Virus record (IMG/VR): IMGVR_UViG_3300044637_000534
Span: 1-58,251 of that record
Strand: one strand, 5' to 3'
Source: a virus
Lineage: Duplodnaviria; Caudoviricetes
Length of the DNA stretch: 58,251 bases
Made by a program: the position numbers and the translations under genes
Shown here: positions 35,201 through 43,649 of the stretch, one piece after another
Position numbering within the stretch: position 1 is the first letter of the stretch
Layout of the letters: each line of letters opens with the position of its first letter
Notes under the pieces: model-generated
The model's database searches: none
The model's input: only the letters and a program-made list of their open reading frames with translations
What the model was told of the DNA's origin: nothing

Positions 35201-36898
35201 CAGATGCTGGAGCAGGTGCTGCAGCACATGCGCAAGCGCGTGGACGGTAACGTGATCGGCGAGCAGGAGACGTCGCCCTTCATCCGCGATGTGATGACGC
35301 TGTCCTACATCGACAAGCTGTTCTCGCCTGCCTACTCGTTCCTCCAGATCATGCAGCCGACGATGATGTCGCTGCCCTATCTCGGCGGTCGTTATGGCAT
35401 CGGCGGGGCTGGCAATGCGCTGGCTCAAGCCTACCGCGCCGTCGGTGCCGCAGGCGCCATGGCCGGTGGCCTGACGAACACCAAGCAGGCGGTCCTGCAG
35501 TTCGCCAAGACGGCCATCGACAGCACGGACGTGCTGGGCTCGATGCTCAAGAACGTGGCGAAGCAGCCGGACGGCAAGTCCCTGACGGCGCTCCTCAACG
35601 AGCTCGCCGAGCGTGGTGCCATCGACAAGAACGCAGGCATGGAAATCGCCGAGGTCGTGACCAAGGGTCGTGGCAAGTGGGCGATGGGCCTGTCCAAGGT
35701 CGACCGTATCGCACGCCAACTCCCCGCATCGATCGAACAGGTCAACCGTGCGGTCACGGCGATCGCTGCCTATCGCCTGGCCATCGAGAACGGCGCAACG
35801 CCTGAGAAGGCGCAGTCGATGGCGTTCGATGCTGTGATGAACACGCAGGGCGATTACTCGGCGAGTAACGCTCCGGCGATCTTCAATCACCCGCTCTGGC
35901 GCATCTCGCTACAGTTCAAAAAGTACGCGCAGATGTACTACGCCATGTTCGGCGACATGCTCTACCGGGCGTTCAAGGACGCCTCGCCGGAAGAGCGGCG
36001 CGTTGCCCGCAAGCAGCTCGCCACCGTCATCGGCGTGCAGATCCTCGCTGCCGGTACGCTCGGCATCCCCGGCATGGAAGTCATCAAGATCGGCTTCATA
36101 GCCGCAGCGGCACTGGGCCTGGGCGGAGGCTACGACGACTTCGAGCGTGACGTTCGTGAGGCGGCGGCTGCGATGTTCGGCAAGACGGCAGGTGAGCTCA
36201 TCACCAAGGGCGTCATCCCGCGTGCGCTGGGTATCGACCTGTCGACCCGTCTCGGCGCGGACAGCTTGCTGACCTTCGGCGAGCCGAAGAAGTACGACGA
36301 GAGCAATGTCGGCGCGTATCTACTCAACACCTTCATCGGTGCGCCTGGTTCGCTCGTCGCGGATCAGTTCAAGGCGGCTCGTGCGTTCGCGGACGGTGAG
36401 TTCGCCAAGGGCGCACAGCTCCTGCCCATGCCGAAGTTCCTCGCCGACACGGCCAAGGCAACGCAGAAGGCCATCGAAGGCTCGACGAGCTCGAAGTCTG
36501 GCCGTCAGACGGAAGAGCCCATCGGTCTCGGCACGGCTGCGATCAACGCCTTCGGCCTACGCACGGCGGAGCAGGCAGAGCGCAGCGCTGCGAAAGGTGC
36601 CGGTATCGCGGAGAGCGAGCGCCGTCGCGATGCCCAGGGCTCGATGTCCAAGCTCAAGAACCAGTTCGCCGAAGCCAAGAACGAAGGCGAGCGCGTGCGT
36701 ATCCTGGCACGGCTGAAGGAACTCAACGCGAAGCTGCCGGAAGACCAGCGTCAGACGCCCGCACAGTTCAAGGCGTTCGCCCGCCGCTACCAGCAGGACA
36801 AGGCCAAGGGCCTCATCAAGGACGGCGCACGGTTCCGCAGCGAAGCCGACCGCGCCGCCAGCGACCGTGCCGGTTCTGTCTACAACGTCGGAAGGTAA
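29216..36898 (+). CDS. Giant internal virion (ejection / polyvalent) protein, 2560 aa
   Basis: N-terminal G/A-rich hydrophobic helices, HEGLH zincin motif with HEFVAE, YFPLMRHG (PLxRFG-like). Confidence 0.85.
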   Translation: MADTPVFQSISNEELKRALENGFDIGGTLVDDPVTREGYSELTPEDYETSWSDYGRTLAANTIGIGSSLARLSQYATDGAIGGDTAQYLEGLSEDQVRAMSPVARRALGAAFLPSDGEESVLDAGIGRSLALKTTAAVPSLVASIIPAGIATTLLRGASVGVRAGVGAGAARGTAGTLAAGEVVGQIYKKIDEFSDEELAKQSDVFAGYLTMMSPDEARAKYMRDVAGVAPIVAGAISAALGGVEGKIGRRLGGEAAEGFLKGVGKGSIAEALQEGAETGVGELLSQSALSTAGLDDMSWTKILSQTIEGMTVGGILGGGAGGISNIGGRTRTATEGKIPETDAGPLDPTTKFALDQETQTQQTQQTQPPAPLTGMGGVKFSDAPPPMTPDGQVVEPLLQEKAPLRPGMPTTEELVVRQFNENLTSGINEQGTAPAQKKAGYWSGELEKLLSNAGVQLNEQDRSSLNQRVVDVLNRTKDTAQRWAGLRQIVDELKAQKASAPAAAPQQTPDQAAMQAGIETLDGSNSVPERPATLQVQVKMLTNGERQAVYIPFTVPEAERPKKPKGIEKVFVKNGIVYYNPARLKPAYIRKADAADRLNDILPMGATPQFEAVKAVKERGAEPRVVQAIKDGISVLDVASSTETVVQDAAQVAAQAPADAEIVVRDDPEGVIQERIEGRQQDLAEIVVTPELRAKWEELGTRTLPDGRRVLPNLSDEGIIAAERQQLADQERQAQVERQRQEREERKAKAAEAAAKAEEKAKPVLEVKDAKESKKSKAKVAKKKDDLTKAKEIFEANKPTAAEDKAGLAAKRAMVIARVRKMLDEAKKAKIQIPGQWQAGVPEHLGFFLLMKKFAQRADKGKIDDAAVQLFLADEFFARIGEWESIKSTRRVEGDAQSKGKDFQEATGYDADTKERSEINIDRIAETTGETEDERVGRVSLDNEEENLNPTEAFEGFVDEEAVTEEVTPAAPVEEKIEDKLAARRAEGTFTKTEEAPAKKVVVEKRRKIDLSKIKLGRKLAPTKAEDLPQADPPEAPVKRIRTEREAFEAGYASAIDAMRANPDLKKSVEYAEWLKSLTDEQWAKIENVFSPNENPFLATGDFASEIGRARLEAVLNENTEQPAPKQPEPFQSMVQRVDVNGSTYFNLGNPKNGGFQFWLGARQFVLRYKGKEYSINTWDRRQGSYVLDQIDQTPLPVEMHQLARDWVNEKIPSNDAFEARLKEAEREMIDNYLAKNPEAAMAQNTEQPIREAQMPGQQEFSSLAEVVSANPDQLETIRELALEDDLLVSRDGQEIVPSAVGTVNDFFARTISDEKITNPLMRQLLPFMRRELKRLIGDMKVLVVSPEQMRQLTNKPNTGGFYTRYGTSDVIVIREDALARPEVMTYLMTHEGLHGATARGLDSNPEFFSTIKSIADEVRARMPEVAGMYGFTDQHEFVAELANPEFVDVLSKVTVSPELARKLGLKDWQDRTLWQTVVDAVRKLLKLPADRFTALDALMRTTAQAMEAQTTLPESFRTLPRGSFPNFASMDVARQAAQAIKDTAPGSIGKRRALLASSTLDQIRQWYRGMFVNQKGEDVLEKLVSNIQRIRPFADDKRERGEQLAQRFMDFASKNRAAANEFADIANSVTLLNANLFGENKHWGENRRDSWQARAMLPDLQRRFAALEKANPEARKLYEDMVAYYRDTQNEITRQLVDNILAEHDADLSDADRQSLTTKVMQGSLDEAAEKLVNNSTIFNALKDARQLRLIEGDYFPLMRHGEYVVQTKDSVGDTMGGKEVEPGVVEFTGSKKSDVLKMAEAFAKRTTKGQGFTQEDGVPLVMTGPTAVEMPSDSSQFKYRVKVQLDGVHMFDTQAEAESFIRDQKGKFAQISEAPLLKRDDGNFGEGFSNSSLAAIAKSISARDGIPQGQKEMMLTALKQAAVRHMAGNRVQKRSLPRRGFVGASSDLARNTLVYAEASTRYWGKLRYMPLVREAFTEMQKIVDAAKYSKNEQMLEQVLQHMRKRVDGNVIGEQETSPFIRDVMTLSYIDKLFSPAYSFLQIMQPTMMSLPYLGGRYGIGGAGNALAQAYRAVGAAGAMAGGLTNTKQAVLQFAKTAIDSTDVLGSMLKNVAKQPDGKSLTALLNELAERGAIDKNAGMEIAEVVTKGRGKWAMGLSKVDRIARQLPASIEQVNRAVTAIAAYRLAIENGATPEKAQSMAFDAVMNTQGDYSASNAPAIFNHPLWRISLQFKKYAQMYYAMFGDMLYRAFKDASPEERRVARKQLATVIGVQILAAGTLGIPGMEVIKIGFIAAAALGLGGGYDDFERDVREAAAAMFGKTAGELITKGVIPRALGIDLSTRLGADSLLTFGEPKKYDESNVGAYLLNTFIGAPGSLVADQFKAARAFADGEFAKGAQLLPMPKFLADTAKATQKAIEGSTSSKSGRQTEEPIGLGTAAINAFGLRTAEQAERSAAKGAGIAESERRRDAQGSMSKLKNQFAEAKNEGERVRILARLKELNAKLPEDQRQTPAQFKAFARRYQQDKAKGLIKDGARFRSEADRAASDRAGSVYNVGR

Positions 36899-36900
36899 TC

Positions 36901-37167
36901 ATGAGCAAACGCGATCCCATCTCCCACCGCACGCCGGAGCAGGTCCGCAAGCAGGTCCGTGGCTATAACGCCAAGCCCGAGAATGTGGAGAAGCGCGTGA
37001 AGAACAACCAGGCCCGAGCGATGCTCATGAAAGAGGGCCTGGTGAAGAAGGGCGACGGCAAGGACGTCGACCACAAGAAGCCGCTACGCAGCGGCGGGGG
37101 TAACTCGCGGAGTAACCTCCGTGTCGTCGCCAAGGGCCGGAACCGTGGCTGGCGGGATGGCGTCTAA
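36901..37167 (+). CDS. HNH endonuclease-like protein
   Basis: DVDHKKPLRSGG-NSRSNLRVV..NR. Confidence 0.8.
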   Translation: MSKRDPISHRTPEQVRKQVRGYNAKPENVEKRVKNNQARAMLMKEGLVKKGDGKDVDHKKPLRSGGGNSRSNLRVVAKGRNRGWRDGV

Positions 37168-37347
37168 GGCGTCCATCACCTCCTGAAGGCGGTCCTCGAT
37201 CCGCTTCTCCTTCGCCAGGATCTCACGGATATAGGCAGCACCGGACTTGCCGTGCTTGCGCGCGGTGGCCTGCACCCAGTCGTAGAGTTCCTCCGACAGG
37301 ATGATATTGTACGTTTTCGTGGGGAATGGGTGCCGGGGCCGGGCCAT
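37084..37347 (-). CDS. Ribbon-helix-helix DNA-binding protein
   Basis: KTYNIILSEELYDWV..ARKHGKS..YIREIL. Confidence 0.65.
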   Translation of the reverse strand: MARPRHPFPTKTYNIILSEELYDWVQATARKHGKSGAAYIREILAKEKRIEDRLQEVMDALDAIPPATVPALGDDTEVTPRVTPAAA

Positions 37348-37574
37348 TAATCATCCTCGTCTTCATCGACTATCGACACGAGCATGTACTTGATACGTTC
37401 AAGTAACCACACAGCAGTCATGCCGTCTGCAAAAGACGTGTCGAAGTACTCCGACCCATCCTCGGTATAGCCGATAACAATCACCTTCTCGAGCTTGCCC
37501 TTGGCTTCTTCCAAAATGTCGTTTGGATTGAGGTCAAGAAGCGTATCGCCGGGAAACTTTACGATGTTGGACAT
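37347..37574 (-). CDS. Hypothetical protein
   Basis: MSNIVKFPG start, AGGAG RBS. Confidence 0.75.
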   Translation of the reverse strand: MSNIVKFPGDTLLDLNPNDILEEAKGKLEKVIVIGYTEDGSEYFDTSFADGMTAVWLLERIKYMLVSIVDEDEDD

Positions 37575-37581
37575 GGTGGAT

Positions 37582-37620
37582 CTCCTGTAACCCCAAACTA
37601 TTCGCTCAGGGTTACAGGAG
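37582..37620. promoter_or_regulatory. Perfect 12-bp inverted repeat covering an RBS
   Basis: CTCCTGTAACCC (37582-37593) and GGGTTACAGGAG (37609-37620). Confidence 0.6.
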
Positions 37621-37630
37621 AAAGTAGGTA

Positions 37631-37882
37631 CTACCTATCAACGCGCAGTTGTAACTTGATGAAAGCATCGCGCAGGGCAGCACTGCGGCTCCTGAACGGT
37701 CCCTCTTCATCGGTTGAGATAACGCGCCGCTTGACTACTCGGTGCCAATACCATCCGCCGAACCGGATAGGCTCACCGATTTCTTTCTCTGAGTTCCAGA
37801 CCCTCGTTACCCGTCGGTCTGCAAAGTAGGCGATCACTCCTGCACGCCTGACCGCATCCAGGACATTATCAGAAAGCCGCAT
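37631..37882 (-). CDS. Hypothetical protein
   Basis: GGGGAG RBS. Confidence 0.7.
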   Translation of the reverse strand: MRLSDNVLDAVRRAGVIAYFADRRVTRVWNSEKEIGEPIRFGGWYWHRVVKRRVISTDEEGPFRSRSAALRDAFIKLQLRVDR

Positions 37883-37982
37883 CAGTACTCCCCCATTGGT
37901 ATAGAGACCGGGATGTAACCCTCAGAAAACGGGCTCGTAAAGTCCGTTTTCCTTGGCGTTATTTGGGCTGTGTTTCGATGGA

Positions 37983-38186
37983 CTACGGCTTGGTTTTGCC
38001 ATCCAATCGTTTAATGGTGTCATCGGCTCGGTCGAGCCATTTGACCTTGGGCAAACTCATCGGGACCAGCCTGCCGTTGAAGGTGGTCTCCATCTTGGTG
38101 ACCCGCTCGGGCAGCTCCTCTACTACCCGAAGTAACCCAAGCCTCTCCTGGCGGAGGCGCAGCTTGCGGCTCCAGTCAGTAGTCAT
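37983..38186 (-). CDS. Hypothetical protein
   Basis: Tiles operon. Confidence 0.55.
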   Translation of the reverse strand: MTTDWSRKLRLRQERLGLLRVVEELPERVTKMETTFNGRLVPMSLPKVKWLDRADDTIKRLDGKTKP

Positions 38187-38322
38187 CGCCCCGCCTCGTC
38201 ATCAGGTACTCGACCATGCTGTTCAGCTTCGAGACGTGAAACTCGAGCCTGACGACACGAAGGAAGAGAAAGAGGCTGAGTGCGGTGGTGACTGAAGTGA
38301 TGAGGATCAGCTCAATCGTCAT
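38176..38322 (-). CDS. 48-aa membrane peptide (not in ORF track)
   Basis: MTIELILITSVTTALSLFLFLRVVRLE...; overlaps both neighbours. Confidence 0.55.
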   Translation of the reverse strand: MTIELILITSVTTALSLFLFLRVVRLEFHVSKLNSMVEYLMTRRGDDY

Positions 38323-38512
38323 TGGCGATCCCCAGTGCTTCCTTGGAACGGACCACGGCCCGCACGAGTGAGTTCACGTTCTTGCCGTAGATGATGTCGT
38401 TGAGCGCGTCCTCGTAACGCTTCTTCGTCATCTCGAGCCACTTGATCCGGTCCCGCAGCTTGCGGGTGTCGGGGTCGAGTTCATCCACCCAGTCAAACAA
38501 ATCTTCAGTCAT
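38312..38512 (-). CDS. Hypothetical protein
   Basis: GGAGG RBS. Confidence 0.65.
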   Translation of the reverse strand: MTEDLFDWVDELDPDTRKLRDRIKWLEMTKKRYEDALNDIIYGKNVNSLVRAVVRSKEALGIANDD

Positions 38513-38723
38513 TCTTTCCCTCCAATGTCCGCCCCACGGACCAGTTCTTAAAACCGCGCACCTTGCCGTTCGGCACGGCCCAGACTTCTGCGGTATCGTC
38601 CATAATCACGACCCACATCAGATCGTGTTCGACGCCGTAATCGATGACGGCGATCGCTTCCCCGCCTGCGTTTCGCTCGGGGATGAATAAAGGGATGCTA
38701 GGATTTAGTTGCGTCAGTGCCAT
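38505..38723 (-). CDS. Hypothetical phage protein
   Basis: QLNPSIP...VIDYG.EHDLMWVV motif. Confidence 0.7.
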   Translation of the reverse strand: MALTQLNPSIPLFIPERNAGGEAIAVIDYGVEHDLMWVVIMDDTAEVWAVPNGKVRGFKNWSVGRTLEGKND

Positions 38724-38904
38724 AGAACCACTCGGCTAATTTGTCGTTCCACTCGTCCATGTCTGGGTGGAAGACGGGTACTTCAGAAGTAACCATGCGG
38801 GAGCGGAGCAACATCATGTAGCGTTCGTGCATCTCATCGAGAGCCTTGATGAGATCCTCGCGCGTCATGTCGTCGATCCGCTTGCCCCCATAGGCTGCAA
38901 TCAC
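38698..38904 (-). CDS. Hypothetical protein
   Basis: GTGA-coupled to primase gene. Confidence 0.6.
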   Translation of the reverse strand: MIAAYGGKRIDDMTREDLIKALDEMHERYMMLLRSRMVTSEVPVFHPDMDEWNDKLAEWFYGTDATKS

Positions 38905-41816
38905 GCTGCGTCCTCGACGGCTGCGATCTCGGCGAGCGGCGTGCCGACCACATGGATCTGCAGCAGGTACTCACTGCCGGTCGCGTACTCGGTGCCCGAC
39001 CCCAGGCGACCGACCGTCTGGTGCATCCCGAACTCCTTCTCCAGCGCCTTGAGGAAGACGTGGTTGGAGTAGCCGTTCTTCGAGAGCCACTCGCGTAGTT
39101 GGTAGGAGCTGATGCGCAGGAGCCCGTCGGTCAGGCCGACCTGCACGTAGATGCCGTCGAGCTTGGACGGATCGCGCTTGACCTCGATCGATCCGGTGGG
39201 CGGCTTGCCCTTCGAGATGTGGATCTTGCTGGTGAAGAGCGTGTGCCTGGCGCGCATCGAGTTGAGGAACTGGGTGAGCACGTTCGACACGTTGATCTGC
39301 TTGCGCATGTCGACGGTCTGGCTCGCACGCTCCTTGCGCATCGAAGCCACCACCGCGACGAGGAACTCCTCGAGTTCCTCGATGTCGATCTCGGTGAAGC
39401 CCAGGCGGTTGGCGTAGATCGCACCTTGCAGGAGGCACACGACTGCAGCGTGCCAGAACCGCTCCTCTGCATCCGTCTTGAGACGGTCAGCGAGGCGGCT
39501 TGAGAGCATCGCCATGTCCGCGTCGATCTGCGGGTGGTTGCGCCCCAGGAACTCGGCGTACTCGAGCCCGATGCAGCCGTGGTTGTCGTTGAGCGCGGAG
39601 ACCAGGAGGCTCGCCTTGGTCTTGTCGATCTGGCCCGTCGTGCCGGGAGGCAGCGTGTACTCGAGCACGCGCATCAGGCCCGCCGTGGTCATCTTCGTGG
39701 CGCGCGTGATGAAGTCGAGCAGGCTGTCGTTGGACGCGCACAGCATCATGGTCTCCCATGTGCCGACCTGCTTCTGCGATGCCTGTGCGGTGAGGCGCGA
39801 CTTCTCCTTGCCGCTCGAGAGTTGGAACGCGAGGTTCACGAACTTGCGCGTGTCCTCCTCGGTCTTGAGCTCGTCCCAGAAGAGCGGCAGGTTCTTGATC
39901 TCGCCCAGCTTGTTGACGACGCTGTTCTGCGTGTCGTTGAGCTGCTGCACGCCTTTGACCGGGTCGCCCCATACGGCCTGGGCGACGGACACGGCGGTCG
40001 ATTTCCCGATGCCGCTCTCCAGCGAGTAACTACTGATAAGTAACCCTCGCTGACCGGTGAACCGCACGAGCGGTGCGGCGAACGCGCTGGCCAGGATGAT
40101 GTCGAGGCCCGGACGCTTCTGGTCCGTAATCATCTTGGCGGCAGTGATCCACGGAGCTCGCTCACCAGCCGGTGCGTACTGCTGCTCGATGAGCGGGTTG
40201 GGGTTGGCAGCGGGGCGGTCTTCGGTCGGTGTGAACACCGTGCCTCCGAACGAGAACCCCTCGAGCTTTCCGTTCTGAATGGTCCAGCCGAACGGGCTGG
40301 ACGTGACGACCGAATTACGTCCCTGACGCAGCTTGTCGACCCATGACATGATGAACTCCTTGAACCTGCGCATGTACTGGTCCTGCAGGTTCATCCCTTG
40401 AGTGCTGATGTGCTTGAAGAAGGCTTCCTTCGTGGGCATGACCTCGAAGGGGATGTGGATCTGGGTCGTGATGTCGTCATTGATCGCGACCGTGAAATTC
40501 AAGATCCACGGGTTGCGCTGGAGCCAGCCGTCAGTGATGGGGTAGGGCGCCACCATCACACGCTCGGTGCTTCCATCCTCCTGCGGTACGAGCAGGTAAA
40601 CGAAACTCTCCGCGTCCCTCACATAGTGAGGTGGGAGATCGTTTGATGGTTTTACGGGCTTGGCGACAGGCTTCAGGTTACTCCCGAAGTTAAGCGGGCT
40701 CTTCCCATCCATGCGATGCGGGCAGACGTTGCACGCCGTGCATCCCGATGCTGCGATGGTCTGACAGCTCGGCCAGCCAAGGTTCTTGCGCTCCTTGTCC
40801 TGCACCTTGCGGTCGAAGAGCTCGTCCGTGCTCTCCTGCGTGTAGCCATCGTGCCCGCTCGCCATGCGGTGAGCATCGTCACGTCCGCCCTCGGTGAAGG
40901 TGGAGATGAGCGTGGTCAGGTTCCACAGCGGGTTGGGATAGTCGGCCCCGCCATTGGCGAGCGCATCGCGGATGAACGCACACTCGGGCGCGACATCATC
41001 GAGCTTCACGGGCGGTGCCTTGTTCACCTCGATGCCAGCAGCCAGGTCAGACACACCGACCAATGGCGCGCGGGCTGGGAGCGTGGGCTCAGCGCGGTAG
41101 CCGCTCTCGTAGGGCATGAGTGCGCGCTTGATGCGGTCGAGCGAGTACTCCTCGCCAGGCGGCAGCAAGAACGACACGTCCTTCGCCGGGTCACTCTTGA
41201 AGTTACGAGTGTCGGGGAAGCGCAGCAGACGTGCGGCGTCCACGGTGCATTGGCTGTCGAAGTGCAGCCCGTGCTGACGCGCAGCGGCGACGAGCTTGTG
41301 CGAGAGCTCGAGCCACTCGGCACGATCGATCTCCTCGGAGATGACCCAGTGCGCGTGGAACCCGCCAGACCCTGACGCCACCACGAAGGTGGGAGGCGGC
41401 AGATCGACGGCGCGACGGAACTGGCCGAAGGCAACGACGGCTTCCTTGGTGGAGGAGTAGCTGCCGTCCTTCACGTCGACGTCGATGAAGAATGATTTGA
41501 GCGAGATGGCGCTGTCGCCATCCCGCAAAGCGGCGCGGTATTTCTGTCCCTTCTTGGACGTGCGTTCCTCGCAGCGAGCCTGACGCGACATGCAGACATA
41601 AAAGTCCCGCGTGTCGGGTTGGCGGCTCATCCACTCGATGAACTTGACGGCTTCGTGGACAGACAAAAAAGCGCGACCCGACCAGAACGGCTTTTGCGAG
41701 CCGTCGCGGTTAAAGGTCCAATGAATGTTGATGAAGCCCTGACCGTCTTCCGGCCAGGGGAGAGCTCTTGCCAAGAACTCTCGTGCGTTTTCAAACGACA
41801 AAGTGCCGTGCTCCAA
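38901..41816 (-). CDS. Primase-helicase (AEP/RepB-like primase, Cys cluster, DUF927-like superfamily 3 helicase)
   Basis: FFIDVD, SGSGGFHAHW, DAARLLRFP; C..C..CPH; ESGIGKST Walker A; WDE Walker B. Confidence 0.88.
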   Translation of the reverse strand: MEHGTLSFENAREFLARALPWPEDGQGFINIHWTFNRDGSQKPFWSGRAFLSVHEAVKFIEWMSRQPDTRDFYVCMSRQARCEERTSKKGQKYRAALRDGDSAISLKSFFIDVDVKDGSYSSTKEAVVAFGQFRRAVDLPPPTFVVASGSGGFHAHWVISEEIDRAEWLELSHKLVAAARQHGLHFDSQCTVDAARLLRFPDTRNFKSDPAKDVSFLLPPGEEYSLDRIKRALMPYESGYRAEPTLPARAPLVGVSDLAAGIEVNKAPPVKLDDVAPECAFIRDALANGGADYPNPLWNLTTLISTFTEGGRDDAHRMASGHDGYTQESTDELFDRKVQDKERKNLGWPSCQTIAASGCTACNVCPHRMDGKSPLNFGSNLKPVAKPVKPSNDLPPHYVRDAESFVYLLVPQEDGSTERVMVAPYPITDGWLQRNPWILNFTVAINDDITTQIHIPFEVMPTKEAFFKHISTQGMNLQDQYMRRFKEFIMSWVDKLRQGRNSVVTSSPFGWTIQNGKLEGFSFGGTVFTPTEDRPAANPNPLIEQQYAPAGERAPWITAAKMITDQKRPGLDIILASAFAAPLVRFTGQRGLLISSYSLESGIGKSTAVSVAQAVWGDPVKGVQQLNDTQNSVVNKLGEIKNLPLFWDELKTEEDTRKFVNLAFQLSSGKEKSRLTAQASQKQVGTWETMMLCASNDSLLDFITRATKMTTAGLMRVLEYTLPPGTTGQIDKTKASLLVSALNDNHGCIGLEYAEFLGRNHPQIDADMAMLSSRLADRLKTDAEERFWHAAVVCLLQGAIYANRLGFTEIDIEELEEFLVAVVASMRKERASQTVDMRKQINVSNVLTQFLNSMRARHTLFTSKIHISKGKPPTGSIEVKRDPSKLDGIYVQVGLTDGLLRISSYQLREWLSKNGYSNHVFLKALEKEFGMHQTVGRLGSGTEYATGSEYLLQIHVVGTPLAEIAAVEDAA

Positions 41817-41856
41817 ATGGGTGGGGAGGGCGGGGTAATCCCCCCGCCCCCGGTAC

Positions 41857-42834
41857 TCAGATCAATTCGTCCAGTGCTGCATCGAGCTCGTCGTCGAAAG
41901 AGTGAGGAACCGCCGCCTGGACGGGAGCGGGCTCGGGCTTCGGAGCAGGCTTGGCAGCGGCCTTCTTCGGAGCCGTCTTCGGAGCAGGAGCTTCAGTTAC
42001 TTCGCCAGTAACCGGGTCGTGCGGTGCGGGAGCCGGTGCGGCCTTGGGAGCCGGGGGCTGCTCGAACACCTGCTCAAACGCCTGAGCCGGAGCTTCGGCA
42101 GGAGCGTTCGCATAGTCCGAGCTCTCGTTGAGGATGCGGGAAACGCGCGGGTCGGTCTGATAACCCAGCACCTTCTGTGCTTCCTCGTCGGTCAGCGGAC
42201 GGATCGCGCTGAACACGAACTTCGGATACGCCTCCTTGGTGTCGAAGGAGATGCGCACGCCGATCGAGTTGTAGGGGTAGCCGAGCGCCTGCATCTTGGT
42301 GCCGAACGTGGCGAGATCGCCGAGCGAAGCAGCCGGGACGCGCAGCAGCATCGGACCGCCGTACACCTCGTTGTCGAGATCCTCGAGCGGCACGATGGCC
42401 AGGCGCTTGCTGTCCGAGCACGCCTTGCCCTGTTTACCAGCGGGGGTGATGCGCGAACCAAAAGCGTTCTGCTTGCAGGTGGCGCACGCCGAGTGCTGCT
42501 TCTTGGTGGCCGCAGCATCGGGTGTCACGCCGTTGGACGACCAGCAGTCGGGCTGAGCCGTCGAGCCTTCGACGTAGCCGTTCTCGTAGTAGATCTTCGA
42601 CAGGTGGCTCGTGCCCTTGAGGATCACGACCTCGATGGATGCACGCGGGCCGTCGCCGTCCTCACGCATGAGATCGCGCTCTTCGCCGCGATACTTGGTG
42701 CGCCAGACCTTGCCCCGGTAGCTGATGATGCCGAAGCCGGAGACGACGCCCGCAGCGAGATCGTTCTCGATGTTGGCCTGCCGGAAGACAGACGAGACTG
42801 CGCCGAATTTGGATGGGATGGTGATGTTGCTCAT
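41857..42834 (-). CDS. ssDNA-binding / annealing-type replication protein
   Basis: PDCWS..G..PD, CATC..N..GS, GKACS; P/A-rich linker with acidic C-terminus. Confidence 0.65.
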   Translation of the reverse strand: MSNITIPSKFGAVSSVFRQANIENDLAAGVVSGFGIISYRGKVWRTKYRGEERDLMREDGDGPRASIEVVILKGTSHLSKIYYENGYVEGSTAQPDCWSSNGVTPDAAATKKQHSACATCKQNAFGSRITPAGKQGKACSDSKRLAIVPLEDLDNEVYGGPMLLRVPAASLGDLATFGTKMQALGYPYNSIGVRISFDTKEAYPKFVFSAIRPLTDEEAQKVLGYQTDPRVSRILNESSDYANAPAEAPAQAFEQVFEQPPAPKAAPAPAPHDPVTGEVTEAPAPKTAPKKAAAKPAPKPEPAPVQAAVPHSFDDELDAALDELI

Positions 42835-42849
42835 GGTTACTCCTGGGAA

Positions 42850-43242
42850 TTACGAGCGGCGGACACCGACCACGAAGGTCGAGGAAAAATTCACGCCCGG
42901 CGGGGGCGCGTTATATTCGTTGATGAAGTCAGCAACGGCGGCGACGTTGGCCTTGCGGTCCATGAGGTCCCACGCTTCGTTGCTGATGACGTACTCCATG
43001 AAAGCCTGCGGATCGGCAAGAGACGCAGCCTTCTTCTCGGTACGATAGGCAGTACCGGCAGCGGTGCGGATGCTTTCGCCTCCAACCTGGGTGAGGTGGG
43101 CCAGTATTACGGCGTTAAGTTTCTCGAGTGTCTCCTTGTAGGGTTTGAGCTCATCTTTATGGCGGGCTTCGATTTCTTTGATCTTGTCCCGCAGCTTGAT
43201 GTACTGATCGACGCGCAGGTCGATCTTAGGCTGTTCAGTCAT
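42850..43242 (-). CDS. Conserved replication-module protein
   Basis: YIKLRDK...SIRTAAGTAY...PPPGV; typical neighbour of the SSB-like gene. Confidence 0.75.
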   Translation of the reverse strand: MTEQPKIDLRVDQYIKLRDKIKEIEARHKDELKPYKETLEKLNAVILAHLTQVGGESIRTAAGTAYRTEKKAASLADPQAFMEYVISNEAWDLMDRKANVAAVADFINEYNAPPPGVNFSSTFVVGVRRS

Positions 43243-43271
43243 GGTGGTTACTCCTGAGAGTAGGCAGGGGC

Positions 43272-43649
43272 TTACGCCCCCACCCTGTGATGGTTCGAGT
43301 GTCCGTTGGTGTAAGGCCGGGGCGGCTCGTTGGGCGTGCGGAGCTCAGTGACCAGCTCCGTGACCATTGCCTCGAGCTTGGAGACCCGCTCGACGAGCTT
43401 GGGGTACGGCACGAAGTGATCGCCGCGAGCCGTCGACAATTTGCCGAACATCTCGAGACGGGTCTTGGTCACCATCGACGGTCTGATGTTGAACTGCTTG
43501 GCAACCCGCAGGTCGCTCCAGTCTTCTGCGTATTCGACGAAGTCGCCTTCCTTCTTGATGATCGTCCTCAAGAACTCATAGAGCTTGATTTGATCGGCGA
43601 GTGTCAGGCGGCTTCCATGGATAGGTTTTTTAGACATGATGGTCCTCAC
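43272..43649 (-). CDS. Putative HTH-containing protein
   Basis: WSDLRVAKQF...VTKTRLEMFGKL plus coiled coil. Confidence 0.6.
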   Translation of the reverse strand: MRTIMSKKPIHGSRLTLADQIKLYEFLRTIIKKEGDFVEYAEDWSDLRVAKQFNIRPSMVTKTRLEMFGKLSTARGDHFVPYPKLVERVSKLEAMVTELVTELRTPNEPPRPYTNGHSNHHRVGA

